The notes beneath the pieces are model-generated. The model was given only the letters and a program-made list of their open reading frames with translations, did no database searches and had not been told where the DNA came from. The position numbers and the translations under genes are program-made. A stretch of DNA of 24,000 bases from Chitinophagales bacterium (GTDB lineage Bacteria > Bacteroidota > Bacteroidia > Chitinophagales > S012-47), in the NCBI GenBank assembly GCA_026981615.1, contig JALSIH010000222.1, positions 2,690 through 26,689 on the forward strand. Direction: 5' to 3'. Below are positions 1 through 8,440 of this stretch, one piece after another (position 1 is the stretch's first letter; each line of letters starts with the position of its first letter).

Positions 1-12
1 ACACCGGATTAC

Positions 13-948
13 ATGAAATTTCTCAGTACCCTTTTTATTGCCATTTCACTCTTATTCGTAAACTCCTCCGTATTGCATGCTCAACGCTATGGAGCACCGA
101 CAGGCAAAACCGTGCAGGCAGGAGTTTCCATAGGCGCTTCCACGTTTTTTGGTGATTTGGGTGGTTCAAGAGGACTGGGGTCTCCTTTTATCCGCGATCT
201 GGACCCACCGGTCACCCGGCCGGCCATAGGCGCATATCTGCATTACAACTTTACCCATATCATGGGCATTCGCTTCAATGCTTTTTACACCATGGTAAGC
301 GGAGATGATGCACTGGGCGGTGCCAATGATCCGAGCGACCTGGGCTGGTCAAGAAAGTACCGGAATCTGAGTTTCAAGTCAAACATCTTTGAGGTGTCCA
401 CCACCCTTGACATCAATTTCCTGCCATACATACCGGGAAACGATCAATATCCTTTTACGATTTACGGTACTTTCGGCATCGGAGCTTTTTACTTTAACCC
501 GAAGGCATTGTATAACGGCACTTGGGTCGAGCTACAACCTTTGGGTACCGAGGGCCAGGGGCTGCCCCAGTATCCCGGTAAGAAGAAATACTCGCGCATA
601 GCGCTTGCCTTTCCCCTGGGTGTGGGCATGAAGTACAACTTCAGCAAGGATGTGGTTATCAGTTTTGAGATATCCCATCGATTTACCACTACGGATTATA
701 TTGACGATGTGAGCACGGTATATCCGGACCCGGCATTTATTTATCAGGCATATGACGACAATACGGCAGATATGATTACGGCTTTATCGGATCGAACAGA
801 TAAAAGCTACCCTCTCGCTACGGCTCCCGGAGAGCAGCGGGGAGATCCTTCCGATTTTGACGGATATACTTTTGCGGGCATTTTTTCAATGTCATGGATT
901 ATTAGTAAAAAAGGGAATAATCAACTTTACTGCCCAAAACTGTTTTAA
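13..948 (+). CDS. Outer-membrane beta-barrel protein, DUF6089-like (paralog 1)
   Basis: ATG at 13. Signal peptide MKFLSTLFIAISLLFVNSSVLHA-Q. Beta-strand-like alternation and a C-terminal aromatic residue (YCPKLF). Shares the block YFNP..LQPLGTEGQ..PQY..YSR with the next ORF. Sits upstream of uppS-bamA, as is typical in Bacteroidota. Family name is from memory. Confidence 0.6.
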   Translation: MKFLSTLFIAISLLFVNSSVLHAQRYGAPTGKTVQAGVSIGASTFFGDLGGSRGLGSPFIRDLDPPVTRPAIGAYLHYNFTHIMGIRFNAFYTMVSGDDALGGANDPSDLGWSRKYRNLSFKSNIFEVSTTLDINFLPYIPGNDQYPFTIYGTFGIGAFYFNPKALYNGTWVELQPLGTEGQGLPQYPGKKKYSRIALAFPLGVGMKYNFSKDVVISFEISHRFTTTDYIDDVSTVYPDPAFIYQAYDDNTADMITALSDRTDKSYPLATAPGEQRGDPSDFDGYTFAGIFSMSWIISKKGNNQLYCPKLF

Positions 949-1013
949 CCGCTCACCCAAAAGACTTTTCATATAAGATAGAGCGCTATACTACGTTACT
1001 TATTGAATTTAGC

Positions 1014-1021
1014 TACTTTTG
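1014..1021 (+). promoter_or_regulatory. Bacteroidota -7 promoter box TACTTTTG
   Basis: Perfect TAnnTTTG, 18 nt upstream of ATG 1040. Confidence 0.45.
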
Positions 1022-1039
1022 CAGCTTTTCGAGCGCGCT

Positions 1040-1909
1040 ATGAGGTCACTTACTGCCATTCTTTTTCTTCTCTGTCTGAGTTTTTCTGCGAAAGCTCAGG
1101 ACCGCTTGTTTTCCCAAAAGTACAGTTTCGGCTTTTGGCTGGGCAGTTCGGCATATGTCGGAGATATTACACCGGCTTATCCCAATATTTATCAGACCCT
1201 CCGGCCGGCTGCGGGTATTTTTTCACGCATCAATTTCAACCCTCGAATTGCGTGGAAAACTTCGCTCAATGCAGCTACACTCGTTGGTGATGATCGTCTT
1301 TCGGATAATGTGTACAATCAGTTTCGCAACCTCAGCTTTCGTACTCGTGTGCTCGACTTATCGGGTCAGGTCGAGTTCAATTTTTTTAAATACATTTTGA
1401 ACAGCGACCACAATTCGGCCACGCCATATGTGCTGGCGGGCTTTTCCGTATTTTACTTCAACCCCCAGGCCTATTATGAGGGCAATTGGTATAACCTTCA
1501 ACCCCTGGGCACCGAAGGCCAGCAATTTCCGCAATATTCGGGCAATGAGCCCTACTCGCGCGTCAGCTGGGCTTTTCTCTACGGAGGAGGTATCAAGTTG
1601 AGCATCCACAAGGGTTTCTCCATGGGGTTCGAAGTGGGCTATCGCAGCACTTTTACCGATTATTTGGATGACATCAGCACCTATTATGTGGACAATGATG
1701 TCATCGCCTCAGGTCGCGATGGCGGAATGGCAGCCATCCTGGCCGACCGCTCTTCGGAGCGGGCTTCCGAGCCCATCGGCCTGGAAGGGCGACAACGAGG
1801 GAACTTTGAAGATTTTGATCATTATCTGTTCATGGGTATAAATATGGCGATAACCATCCGGAAAAGACGTTGTCCGGCTCCCGGCAACAGCATCTTCGAA
1901 AAGTGGTAA
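1040..1909 (+). CDS. Outer-membrane beta-barrel protein, DUF6089-like (paralog 2)
   Basis: The track ORF starts at TTG 1019. I prefer ATG 1040 (MRSLTAILFLLCLSFSAKA-Q), which gives a clean signal peptide and lies downstream of the -7 box at 1014-1021. Paralogous to 13..948. Confidence 0.6.
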   Translation: MRSLTAILFLLCLSFSAKAQDRLFSQKYSFGFWLGSSAYVGDITPAYPNIYQTLRPAAGIFSRINFNPRIAWKTSLNAATLVGDDRLSDNVYNQFRNLSFRTRVLDLSGQVEFNFFKYILNSDHNSATPYVLAGFSVFYFNPQAYYEGNWYNLQPLGTEGQQFPQYSGNEPYSRVSWAFLYGGGIKLSIHKGFSMGFEVGYRSTFTDYLDDISTYYVDNDVIASGRDGGMAAILADRSSERASEPIGLEGRQRGNFEDFDHYLFMGINMAITIRKRRCPAPGNSIFEKW

Positions 1910-1914
1910 TTTTG
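1907..1914 (+). promoter_or_regulatory. -7 box TAATTTTG overlapping the upstream stop codon
   Basis: Perfect TAnnTTTG with 6 nt between the box and the uppS ATG 1921. Its first three bases are the stop codon of CDS 1040..1909. Confidence 0.4.
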
Positions 1915-1920
1915 CAGCCC

Positions 1921-2667
1921 ATGGCATCAATCGAACAAATTAACAAAGAGAAACTGCCCCGGCATATTGCCATTATCATGGATGGCAACGGACGCTGGGC
2001 AAAAAAATATGGCAAGCATCGTGTATTTGGCCATCGCAGTGCCGTGAAGTCGGTAAGAGAAGTGACCGAGGGAGCTGCCGAGCTGGGGATCAAGTACCTC
2101 ACGCTTTACGCATTTTCGAAAGAAAACTGGGACCGGCCCAAGCTCGAAGTCAACGCATTGATGCAATTGCTCGTTAGTACTATTCGAAAGGAAGCAGAAA
2201 CTTTGCAAAAGAACCAAATAAGGCTGCAGGCAATCGGGGATATAGCCAATTTGCCACCCAAGGGACAGGAGGAATTGAAGCAAGCCATCGATTTAACGCA
2301 TAATAATGAACGGATGACCTTAATTTTGGCCCTGAGCTATGGAGGGCGGTGGGAATTGAAGGAGGCGATCAAAGAAATCAGCAATAAAGTGAAAAGCGGT
2401 ATTTTGCAAAAAGACGAGATCACGGAGGATTTGATTTCGGCCCATTTAAATACGGCCGGCATCCCCGATCCCGAACTGATGATCAGAACCAGCGGTGAAA
2501 TGCGTATCAGCAATTTCCTCCTCTGGCAACTGGCCTACACGGAGCTCTATTTTACGCAAACCCTGTGGCCCGATTTCAGAAAGAAAGATTTATATGACGC
2601 CATTGTTTCCTATCAGAACAGAGAAAGAAGGTTTGGTAAAATTAGCGAGCAAATAATAGGACAATGA
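1921..2667 (+). CDS. uppS: Undecaprenyl-diphosphate synthase (cis-isoprenyl transferase)
   Basis: Motifs HIAIIMDGNGRWA and RTSGEMRISNFLLWQ. ATG 1921 (MASIEQINKEKLPRH) is preferred over the TTG at 1870, which lies inside the upstream gene. Stop codon overlaps the bamA ATG (ATGA at 2664-2667). Confidence 0.95.
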   Translation: MASIEQINKEKLPRHIAIIMDGNGRWAKKYGKHRVFGHRSAVKSVREVTEGAAELGIKYLTLYAFSKENWDRPKLEVNALMQLLVSTIRKEAETLQKNQIRLQAIGDIANLPPKGQEELKQAIDLTHNNERMTLILALSYGGRWELKEAIKEISNKVKSGILQKDEITEDLISAHLNTAGIPDPELMIRTSGEMRISNFLLWQLAYTELYFTQTLWPDFRKKDLYDAIVSYQNRERRFGKISEQIIGQ

Positions 2668-5321
2668 GGTACTTGATCTTTACAATTTCCGTCATGCTGA
2701 CGCTGAACTTCGGATTGTATGCCCAGACAGGAAAGGGCATTGACAGCAATTCCGTGGATTATCTCATTCCGAAGAGCTACGAAATCGGGCAGATAAAAGT
2801 CATCGGTACGGAAAATATTCGCGAAGAGGTCATAGTCGCCAGATCGGGGCTGAAGGTTGGCGATCAGATTGAGATGCCGGGCGAGCAAATAGCACAGGCC
2901 ATTCGCAATATCTGGAAAACCGGCCTTTTTTCGGATGTCAAAATCTACCGGGACCAAAAGGTCTATGGAAATGTGGCTTTCCTGATCATCGAAGTAAAGG
3001 AGCAGCCGCGCCTTTCTCAATATTTCATTACCGGTGTGAGCAAGTCGGCCGTTGATGACCTGAAAAAGAAAATTGATCTGAAAAAGGGCGACCCTGTCAC
3101 GGAATATGAAAAGAAAAGAATAGAACGCGAAATCAATGAGCACTATGTGGAAAAGGGCTTTCTCTTTAATACGGTGGAGTTTTTTATCAAACCAGATACC
3201 CTCGTGGACAATGCCGTGATGCTTTATATCAGAGTGATGCGCGGAGAGAAAGTAAAAATCAATGACATTGTATTTGAAGGGAATGCACACGTGCCGGATG
3301 CGAAACTCCGGGGGGTGATGAAAGAGACCAAAATAAAAACAAAAATTGATCTGCACTGGAACGATCTGAAAAATATCGGAGAACAGAGCCATTCCGTTTT
3401 GCAGGCAATGGGTAATATTTCGCTCTTATCTTTAAAGAGTTTTTTAAGTGAGCATGTAAGCATACGGATATTTAATTCCTCAAAATTTATAGAGGATAAG
3501 TTTGAAGAGGATAAAAGACAAATAATACAGTACTATAATAGTTTAGGCTACCGGGATGCCACTATAGAGTCGGATTCAATCTATCGGCTTGACGAAGACG
3601 ACATCAATATCCTCATCAGGATAAATGAAGGACGGCAATATTATTTCCGCAATATTACATGGAGCGGTAACCAGAAGTATCCAAGTGAGATATTGAGCAA
3701 AGTGCTGGACATTAAGAAAGGGGAGATATATAATCAGTCATTGCTTCAGCAGCGCCTCTTTTTCGATCCGTCCGGGCAGGATGTCAGTTCGATTTATATG
3801 GATGACGGTTATCTTTTCTTCAATGTCGTGCCCCGGGAGGTAAAAATTACGGGAGACTCCATTGATATCGATATACGGGTGGTGGAAGGCCCGCAAGCCA
3901 AAGTGAACAAGATCATTATCAACGGCAATGACAAAACATCGGAGCGGGTAATAAGGCGTCAATTGCGCACTGTTCCGGGCAAAAAGTTCAGCAGAAGCGA
4001 TTTAATCCGCTCCCAGCGCGAAATCTCGGCACTGGGGTATTTCGATCCGGAGCAGCTCGGCATCAATCCCATTCCGCATCCCGAGCAGGGTACCGTGGAT
4101 ATTGAATATACGGTAGTCGAAAAGCCTTCGGACAAGATTGAATTTTCAGCCGGGTGGGGCGGACTTGTAGCCGGTCTTTTTGGTAGTGCCGGTGTGGTCT
4201 TCAACAACTTCTCCTTGCGTAAATTCTTTGACCTGCAACATTGGAAACGCGGATTGCCGGCCGGAGACGGGCAGCAGCTGTCGGTTCGGATTCAGACCCG
4301 CGGCCGGGCATTGCAATCATATACCTTCTCCTTTACGGAACCCTGGCTGGGCGGTGTCAAGCCACGCTCTCTGTCATTGAGCTATAATCATACAATGCTC
4401 AACAGCACGCCCAACCTGCCCAGGTCGGATGAGGCTTCTCAGTACATAATTACGCGCGGAGGTACCATTGGGTTCGGTACCAGGCTGAAGTGGCCCGATG
4501 ACTATTTCTACTCAACCACCTCTTTGAGTGTTGAAAATTATCAACTGAATAACTTCAGAGAGTTTCTGGTAAATAACGGGAACTCAAACAATGTATATTT
4601 AAATCAAAAAATCTCAAGAATGGCTGCCCAGGGGAATCCCAATTTCCCCGAAGGGGGCTCAAATGTGGAGTTTTCCGTACAGTTAACCCCGCCCTATTCC
4701 TTGCTTAGCGACAGAATTAACAGCGGAGAGGAAAAGTATAAATGGCTGGAGTATCACCGCTGGTGGTTCAAGGCCGATTGGTTCAAGACCCTTCTGGGTC
4801 AGTCCGAAATGGGAAAGCGAAAATTGGTGTTGAAGGCCGGTGCGAAGTTTGGATTTCTGGGAGCCTATAATCGCGACCGGGGAATATCGCCTTTTGAGCG
4901 TTTTCGTGTCGGTGGAGACGGACTTACAGGGACTTTCCTTCTCCAGGGCTTTGATATTATAGCGCTTCGAGGAACGGAGCAGGCCTTTCTGCCGGTCGGA
5001 GCTTCCGGGCCCAATGACCTCAATGCACCGATCTTCAATAAGTTCAATGTGGAACTGCGTTACCCCGTATCATTGCAGCAATCCTCTACGATCTATGTGA
5101 TGCTCTTTGCCGAGGCCGGCAATGCCTATGCCGACTGGAAATATTACAACCCATTTGAGTTGAGAAAAGCAGCCGGTATTGGTGTACGCCTCTTTCTTCC
5201 CATGTTCGGATTGCTTGGATTTGATTATGGCATACCCTTTGATAATATTGGACAGCAAAGCTTCGGAGATTTTATCGGTGCCGGAGCATTTCAGTTTAAA
5301 CTCGGATTCGAACCCGAATAA
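2664..5321 (+). CDS. bamA: Outer membrane protein assembly factor BamA
   Basis: 885 aa. Signal peptide MRYLIFTISVMLTLNFGLYA-Q, repeated POTRA-like modules, and a C-terminal Omp85 barrel. Lies between uppS and skp. Confidence 0.95.
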   Translation: MRYLIFTISVMLTLNFGLYAQTGKGIDSNSVDYLIPKSYEIGQIKVIGTENIREEVIVARSGLKVGDQIEMPGEQIAQAIRNIWKTGLFSDVKIYRDQKVYGNVAFLIIEVKEQPRLSQYFITGVSKSAVDDLKKKIDLKKGDPVTEYEKKRIEREINEHYVEKGFLFNTVEFFIKPDTLVDNAVMLYIRVMRGEKVKINDIVFEGNAHVPDAKLRGVMKETKIKTKIDLHWNDLKNIGEQSHSVLQAMGNISLLSLKSFLSEHVSIRIFNSSKFIEDKFEEDKRQIIQYYNSLGYRDATIESDSIYRLDEDDINILIRINEGRQYYFRNITWSGNQKYPSEILSKVLDIKKGEIYNQSLLQQRLFFDPSGQDVSSIYMDDGYLFFNVVPREVKITGDSIDIDIRVVEGPQAKVNKIIINGNDKTSERVIRRQLRTVPGKKFSRSDLIRSQREISALGYFDPEQLGINPIPHPEQGTVDIEYTVVEKPSDKIEFSAGWGGLVAGLFGSAGVVFNNFSLRKFFDLQHWKRGLPAGDGQQLSVRIQTRGRALQSYTFSFTEPWLGGVKPRSLSLSYNHTMLNSTPNLPRSDEASQYIITRGGTIGFGTRLKWPDDYFYSTTSLSVENYQLNNFREFLVNNGNSNNVYLNQKISRMAAQGNPNFPEGGSNVEFSVQLTPPYSLLSDRINSGEEKYKWLEYHRWWFKADWFKTLLGQSEMGKRKLVLKAGAKFGFLGAYNRDRGISPFERFRVGGDGLTGTFLLQGFDIIALRGTEQAFLPVGASGPNDLNAPIFNKFNVELRYPVSLQQSSTIYVMLFAEAGNAYADWKYYNPFELRKAAGIGVRLFLPMFGLLGFDYGIPFDNIGQQSFGDFIGAGAFQFKLGFEPE

Positions 5322-5334
5322 AAAAAATACAGCT

Positions 5335-5844
5335 ATGAAAAAATTCACCTTGCTCGCATTTCTGGTGCTCGCCTCCCTGAGTATCTCCGCTCAACGTTTT
5401 ATCTATGTGGATACGGACTATATACTGGATAAAATTCCTGAATACAAAAAAGCACAAGAGGAATTGGATGCCATAGCCGAACAATGGAAAGAGGAGATCA
5501 GCCGGAAATATGCGGAAATTGACCGCCTTTACAAAGAATTTCAAGCCGAACAATACCTGATGGACAGTGAGACACGAAAGAAAAAGGAGGATGAAATAGT
5601 TGCAAAAGAAAAAGAAGCCAAAGAATTTCAAAAGAAAAAATTCGGATACCGGGGAGAGCTTTTCGAGAAACGGCAGGAACTGGTGAAACCCATACAAGAC
5701 AGGGTGTATGAAGCGATCAAGACATTGGCAGGAGAACGGAATTATGATTTTGTGCTGGACAAGGCCAGCAGCGGGGCAAGCATCCTTTATGCCAATCCGA
5801 AGTACGATAAAAGCGATGATATACTTAAAAAGCTCGGATACTGA
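5335..5844 (+). CDS. OmpH/Skp family periplasmic chaperone (copy 1)
   Basis: ATG 5335 gives the signal peptide MKKFTLLAFLVLASLSISA-Q, so the track start at 5179 inside bamA is rejected. Lys/Glu-rich coiled-coil body. Directly downstream of bamA. Confidence 0.85.
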   Translation: MKKFTLLAFLVLASLSISAQRFIYVDTDYILDKIPEYKKAQEELDAIAEQWKEEISRKYAEIDRLYKEFQAEQYLMDSETRKKKEDEIVAKEKEAKEFQKKKFGYRGELFEKRQELVKPIQDRVYEAIKTLAGERNYDFVLDKASSGASILYANPKYDKSDDILKKLGY

Positions 5845-5852
5845 TATATTTG
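5845..5852 (+). promoter_or_regulatory. -7 box TATATTTG
   Basis: Perfect TAnnTTTG immediately after the skp1 stop, 33 nt upstream of the skp2 ATG. Confidence 0.4.
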
Positions 5853-5885
5853 CATCAATTATAAAACAGTAAAAAAACAGATTAG

Positions 5886-6401
5886 ATGAAAAACAGGATA
5901 ATGATCGTGCTGGCCATGGCACTTATAAGCTTGGGAAGCAGCTCTTATGCTCAGGTAAAAATCGGCTATATCAATACACAGCAACTCTTTGAAATTATGC
6001 CTGAAGCGAAAGTGATTGACAGTGTGCTCAATGACTTTGCACAAAAGCTGAAAGTGCAACAGGATGCCATGGTGCAGGAGCTGAACAACAAGATGAGCAA
6101 ATTTGAGGAAGACCGCCAAAGCGGAGACATGGCACAGTCCGTACTCGAAGTGCGCTACGGAGAAATCGAAGACCTGCAAACAAGGATTCAGAATTTTCAG
6201 CAAAAAGCGCAACAAGACCTTACGGCAAAGCAACAGGAACTGTATAAGCCTTTGATTGATAAAATCGAGAATGCCATCAAAGAAGTGGCAAAAGAAGAGG
6301 GCTTCCGCTACATTTTTGAGTCGAGTACAGGCAATATCCTCTACTCGGTGGATGAAGACAATATTCTGCCGCTGGTCAAAAAGAAACTGGGCATCGAATA
6401 G
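5886..6401 (+). CDS. OmpH/Skp family periplasmic chaperone (copy 2)
   Basis: Signal peptide MKNRIMIVLAMALISLGSSSYA-Q and a coiled-coil Gln/Lys/Glu-rich body. Followed by a strong terminator. Confidence 0.85.
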   Translation: MKNRIMIVLAMALISLGSSSYAQVKIGYINTQQLFEIMPEAKVIDSVLNDFAQKLKVQQDAMVQELNNKMSKFEEDRQSGDMAQSVLEVRYGEIEDLQTRIQNFQQKAQQDLTAKQQELYKPLIDKIENAIKEVAKEEGFRYIFESSTGNILYSVDEDNILPLVKKKLGIE

Positions 6402-6425
6402 AGAGAACAGCGATAACTTCAAATA

Positions 6426-6460
6426 AAAAGCCTGTCCTTCCCGACAGGCTTTTTATTTTT
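6426..6460 (+). terminator. Rho-independent terminator after skp copy 2
   Basis: An 11-bp stem AAAAGCCTGTC / GACAGGCTTTT with a 6-nt loop, followed by TTTTATTTTT. Confidence 0.85.
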
Positions 6461-6461
6461 G
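6454..6461 (+). promoter_or_regulatory. -7 box TATTTTTG embedded in the terminator T-tract
   Basis: Perfect TAnnTTTG, 7 nt upstream of the murI ATG 6469. Confidence 0.4.
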
Positions 6462-6468
6462 GGCTTTC

Positions 6469-7296
6469 ATGACAAGAAAGCGTGCATCAAAGCCCATTGG
6501 TATTTTTGACTCCGGCATAGGCGGCCTGACCGTAGCACATGCCGTCAAAGCAAGGCTCCCCGAGGAAGAGATACTTTATTTCGGAGATACGGCACATCTG
6601 CCCTACGGAGACAAGTCTCCGGCTGCCATCCTGCAGTTTGCCGATCATATCAGCAGCTATCTTATCGATCAGGAATGTAAAATGATCATCGTAGCCTGCA
6701 ATACGGCCTCGGCCATCGCATTTGAACACTTGCAAAAGAAATGGGGGAATGAGGCATTGATGCTCAATGTCATTGATCCGGTGGCCCGGGGCATCGCAGC
6801 GGACAAATCAATAAAGAAACTGGGTGTCATCGGCACCAAGGCAACTATTCGATCCAATGCCTACGAACAGCGATTGCTGCAACTCCGCTCCGATCTGAGT
6901 GTTTCTTCGCTGGCGACTCCGCTCCTCGTGTCGATGATCGAAGAGGGTTTCTTCGACAACAAGCTGAGTCACACCATCATCGAGGCCTATCTGAATTATC
7001 CGGATTTTAAGGACATTGATGCCATGATTCTGGGCTGTACGCACTTCCCTCTTATTCGAAAGGAAATTGATGCTTTCTTTGGCGGAAAGGTGAGCATTTT
7101 TGATTCAACCGATATGGTGGCCGAGGCGGCTCTTGCCTTGTTGACCCGGCATCAACTGCTGAACAAAAAACGCAGAAATCCCGATCGTTTTTTGGTCACG
7201 GATTATACCCATTCATTTGAGCAGACGTCTCGTTTATTTTTCGGAGCCGAAGTCCGTCTCGAGCAGGTGCCTCTCCGGGATGAGCTCTTTCGTTAA
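6469..7296 (+). CDS. murI: Glutamate racemase
   Basis: Motifs IGIFDSGIGGLTV, VACNTAS and LGCTHFP (the two catalytic Cys motifs). Confidence 0.95.
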   Translation: MTRKRASKPIGIFDSGIGGLTVAHAVKARLPEEEILYFGDTAHLPYGDKSPAAILQFADHISSYLIDQECKMIIVACNTASAIAFEHLQKKWGNEALMLNVIDPVARGIAADKSIKKLGVIGTKATIRSNAYEQRLLQLRSDLSVSSLATPLLVSMIEEGFFDNKLSHTIIEAYLNYPDFKDIDAMILGCTHFPLIRKEIDAFFGGKVSIFDSTDMVAEAALALLTRHQLLNKKRRNPDRFLVTDYTHSFEQTSRLFFGAEVRLEQVPLRDELFR

Positions 7297-8385
7297 TCGC
7301 AATTCGCTCAGTGCCTCGTCCAGGGCTTCGTTCAAAAGGGTTTCCCGGCTCCTTTGCGGCATCGGAGGGCACTCTTTCAAAAGTGCTTCTGCACGTTTCA
7401 GGTCCAGATGCTTCTGCCTCATCATGATGAAATGTCCTTTTGCGCTGTGTCTTTCGGCAAGGTATTCCTGCTCGCTTTGCCCCGGTGTGGGCACCAGCAG
7501 GGCGCTTCTTCCCAGTGCATAGAGGTCCATGATGGATGAATAGCCGGAACGCATCACTACCTTGGAAGCAGAAAGAATGAGCGAGGCCAGTTCATGGTCT
7601 TCTAGATGCGGAAAAATCTTGACATTTTGACTGTTCTGCAGGGCATTGCCCGGACACCCGGCCACAATGCAAAGTTTTTCTCCTGCTCTTTTTGCCGCCT
7701 GGCGCACGGCTTTTTCAAAAAGGCTTCTTTGCGGCTCCGGACCCGAGAGCACAGCGAGCCAGCCGTCTAAGTGCGCTTGCCTTTGCCCTGTGTAGTCTGT
7801 AAAGCGGCTCAGCGGGCCCGTAAATCGAATCTCATTTTTCAGCACCCGGGTCTCGCTCAGTGTGCCGCTGAAGAAGCGATCGGCCCTGTCGGGTATCCAA
7901 CAGGCATCAAATGCTTTGATAAGGCCGTTGAATTTTTTTAAAAAAGCATTGGAAAGAAAACGGGAGCCGGAGGGCAAAAGAGGAGAAAGCTGATGCGTCA
8001 GGAGAATGTTCTTGCAGCGCTCATGACGAACTCCGTAGCGGTTGTCGCTGATGATGAGTTCCACATTTCGCTCGGCAACGATCGCGGCCGTCATCGCCTT
8101 TTCACCGCGAATGGCTCTGACGATCGAAGGCAGATTGCGTATCATGGCCAGTGTCATGCCGGCCTTTGCCGAATAGCGAATGCCGTAGTCGGGCAATTCG
8201 TAATAAGGAAGATCGGGGAATCGCTTCCGCAGCAGCAGACCCGAAGAGGCACTGCCTGCAATGCAGACCATGGCTCCGCGGGACAGCAGGCTTTCGATAA
8301 CGGGGATGCTCCGTGTGGCGTGGCCAAGACCCCAGTGGAGGACGGCTACCAGAACGCTGGATGAGGGAACTTGCGCCATGTACAA
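7234..8385 (-). CDS. MurG-like / GT28-type glycosyltransferase family protein
   Basis: N-terminal Gly-rich loop VLHWGLGHATRS. C-terminal nucleotide-sugar-binding region RSGYSSIMDLYALGRSALLVPTPGQSEQEYLA resembles the MurG/GT28 C-domain. Start could be ATG 8385 or 8379. Substrate unknown. Confidence 0.7.
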   Translation of the reverse strand: MYMAQVPSSSVLVAVLHWGLGHATRSIPVIESLLSRGAMVCIAGSASSGLLLRKRFPDLPYYELPDYGIRYSAKAGMTLAMIRNLPSIVRAIRGEKAMTAAIVAERNVELIISDNRYGVRHERCKNILLTHQLSPLLPSGSRFLSNAFLKKFNGLIKAFDACWIPDRADRFFSGTLSETRVLKNEIRFTGPLSRFTDYTGQRQAHLDGWLAVLSGPEPQRSLFEKAVRQAAKRAGEKLCIVAGCPGNALQNSQNVKIFPHLEDHELASLILSASKVVMRSGYSSIMDLYALGRSALLVPTPGQSEQEYLAERHSAKGHFIMMRQKHLDLKRAEALLKECPPMPQRSRETLLNEALDEALSELRLTKELIPERHLLETDFGSEK

Positions 8386-8398
8386 GGTAATTTTCGCT

Positions 8399-8406
8399 TA
8401 ATTTTG
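8399..8406 (+). promoter_or_regulatory. -7 box TAATTTTG
   Basis: Perfect TAnnTTTG, 34 nt upstream of the small lipoprotein ATG 8441. Confidence 0.45.
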
Positions 8407-8440
8407 CAGTTATACTTCCTATAAAGATAAAAGCAGGAGA

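Noticed and set aside
1870-1920. Upstream extensions of track ORFs: uppS from 1870, skp1 from 5179, upp from 18443, and DUF6089 paralog 2 from 1019
   Set aside because: The extensions overlap the preceding genes or lack signal peptides. The downstream ATGs give conserved N-termini or clean signal peptides.
2613-3392. 259-aa minus-strand ORF inside bamA, with similar antisense ORFs at 5296..5922, 5859..6422, 9970..10605, 12513..13277, 14152..14853 and 22852..23607
   Set aside because: All are in the codon-aligned antisense frame of strongly supported genes. Their compositions are low-complexity or odd, with no motifs. They are standard shadow ORFs.
3330-3560. AT-rich stretch within bamA, considered as an inserted element
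   Set aside because: The reading frame is continuous. The encoded segment (…SSKFIEDKFEEDKRQIIQYYNSLGYRDA) is the normal POTRA region of Bacteroidota BamA as I recall it.
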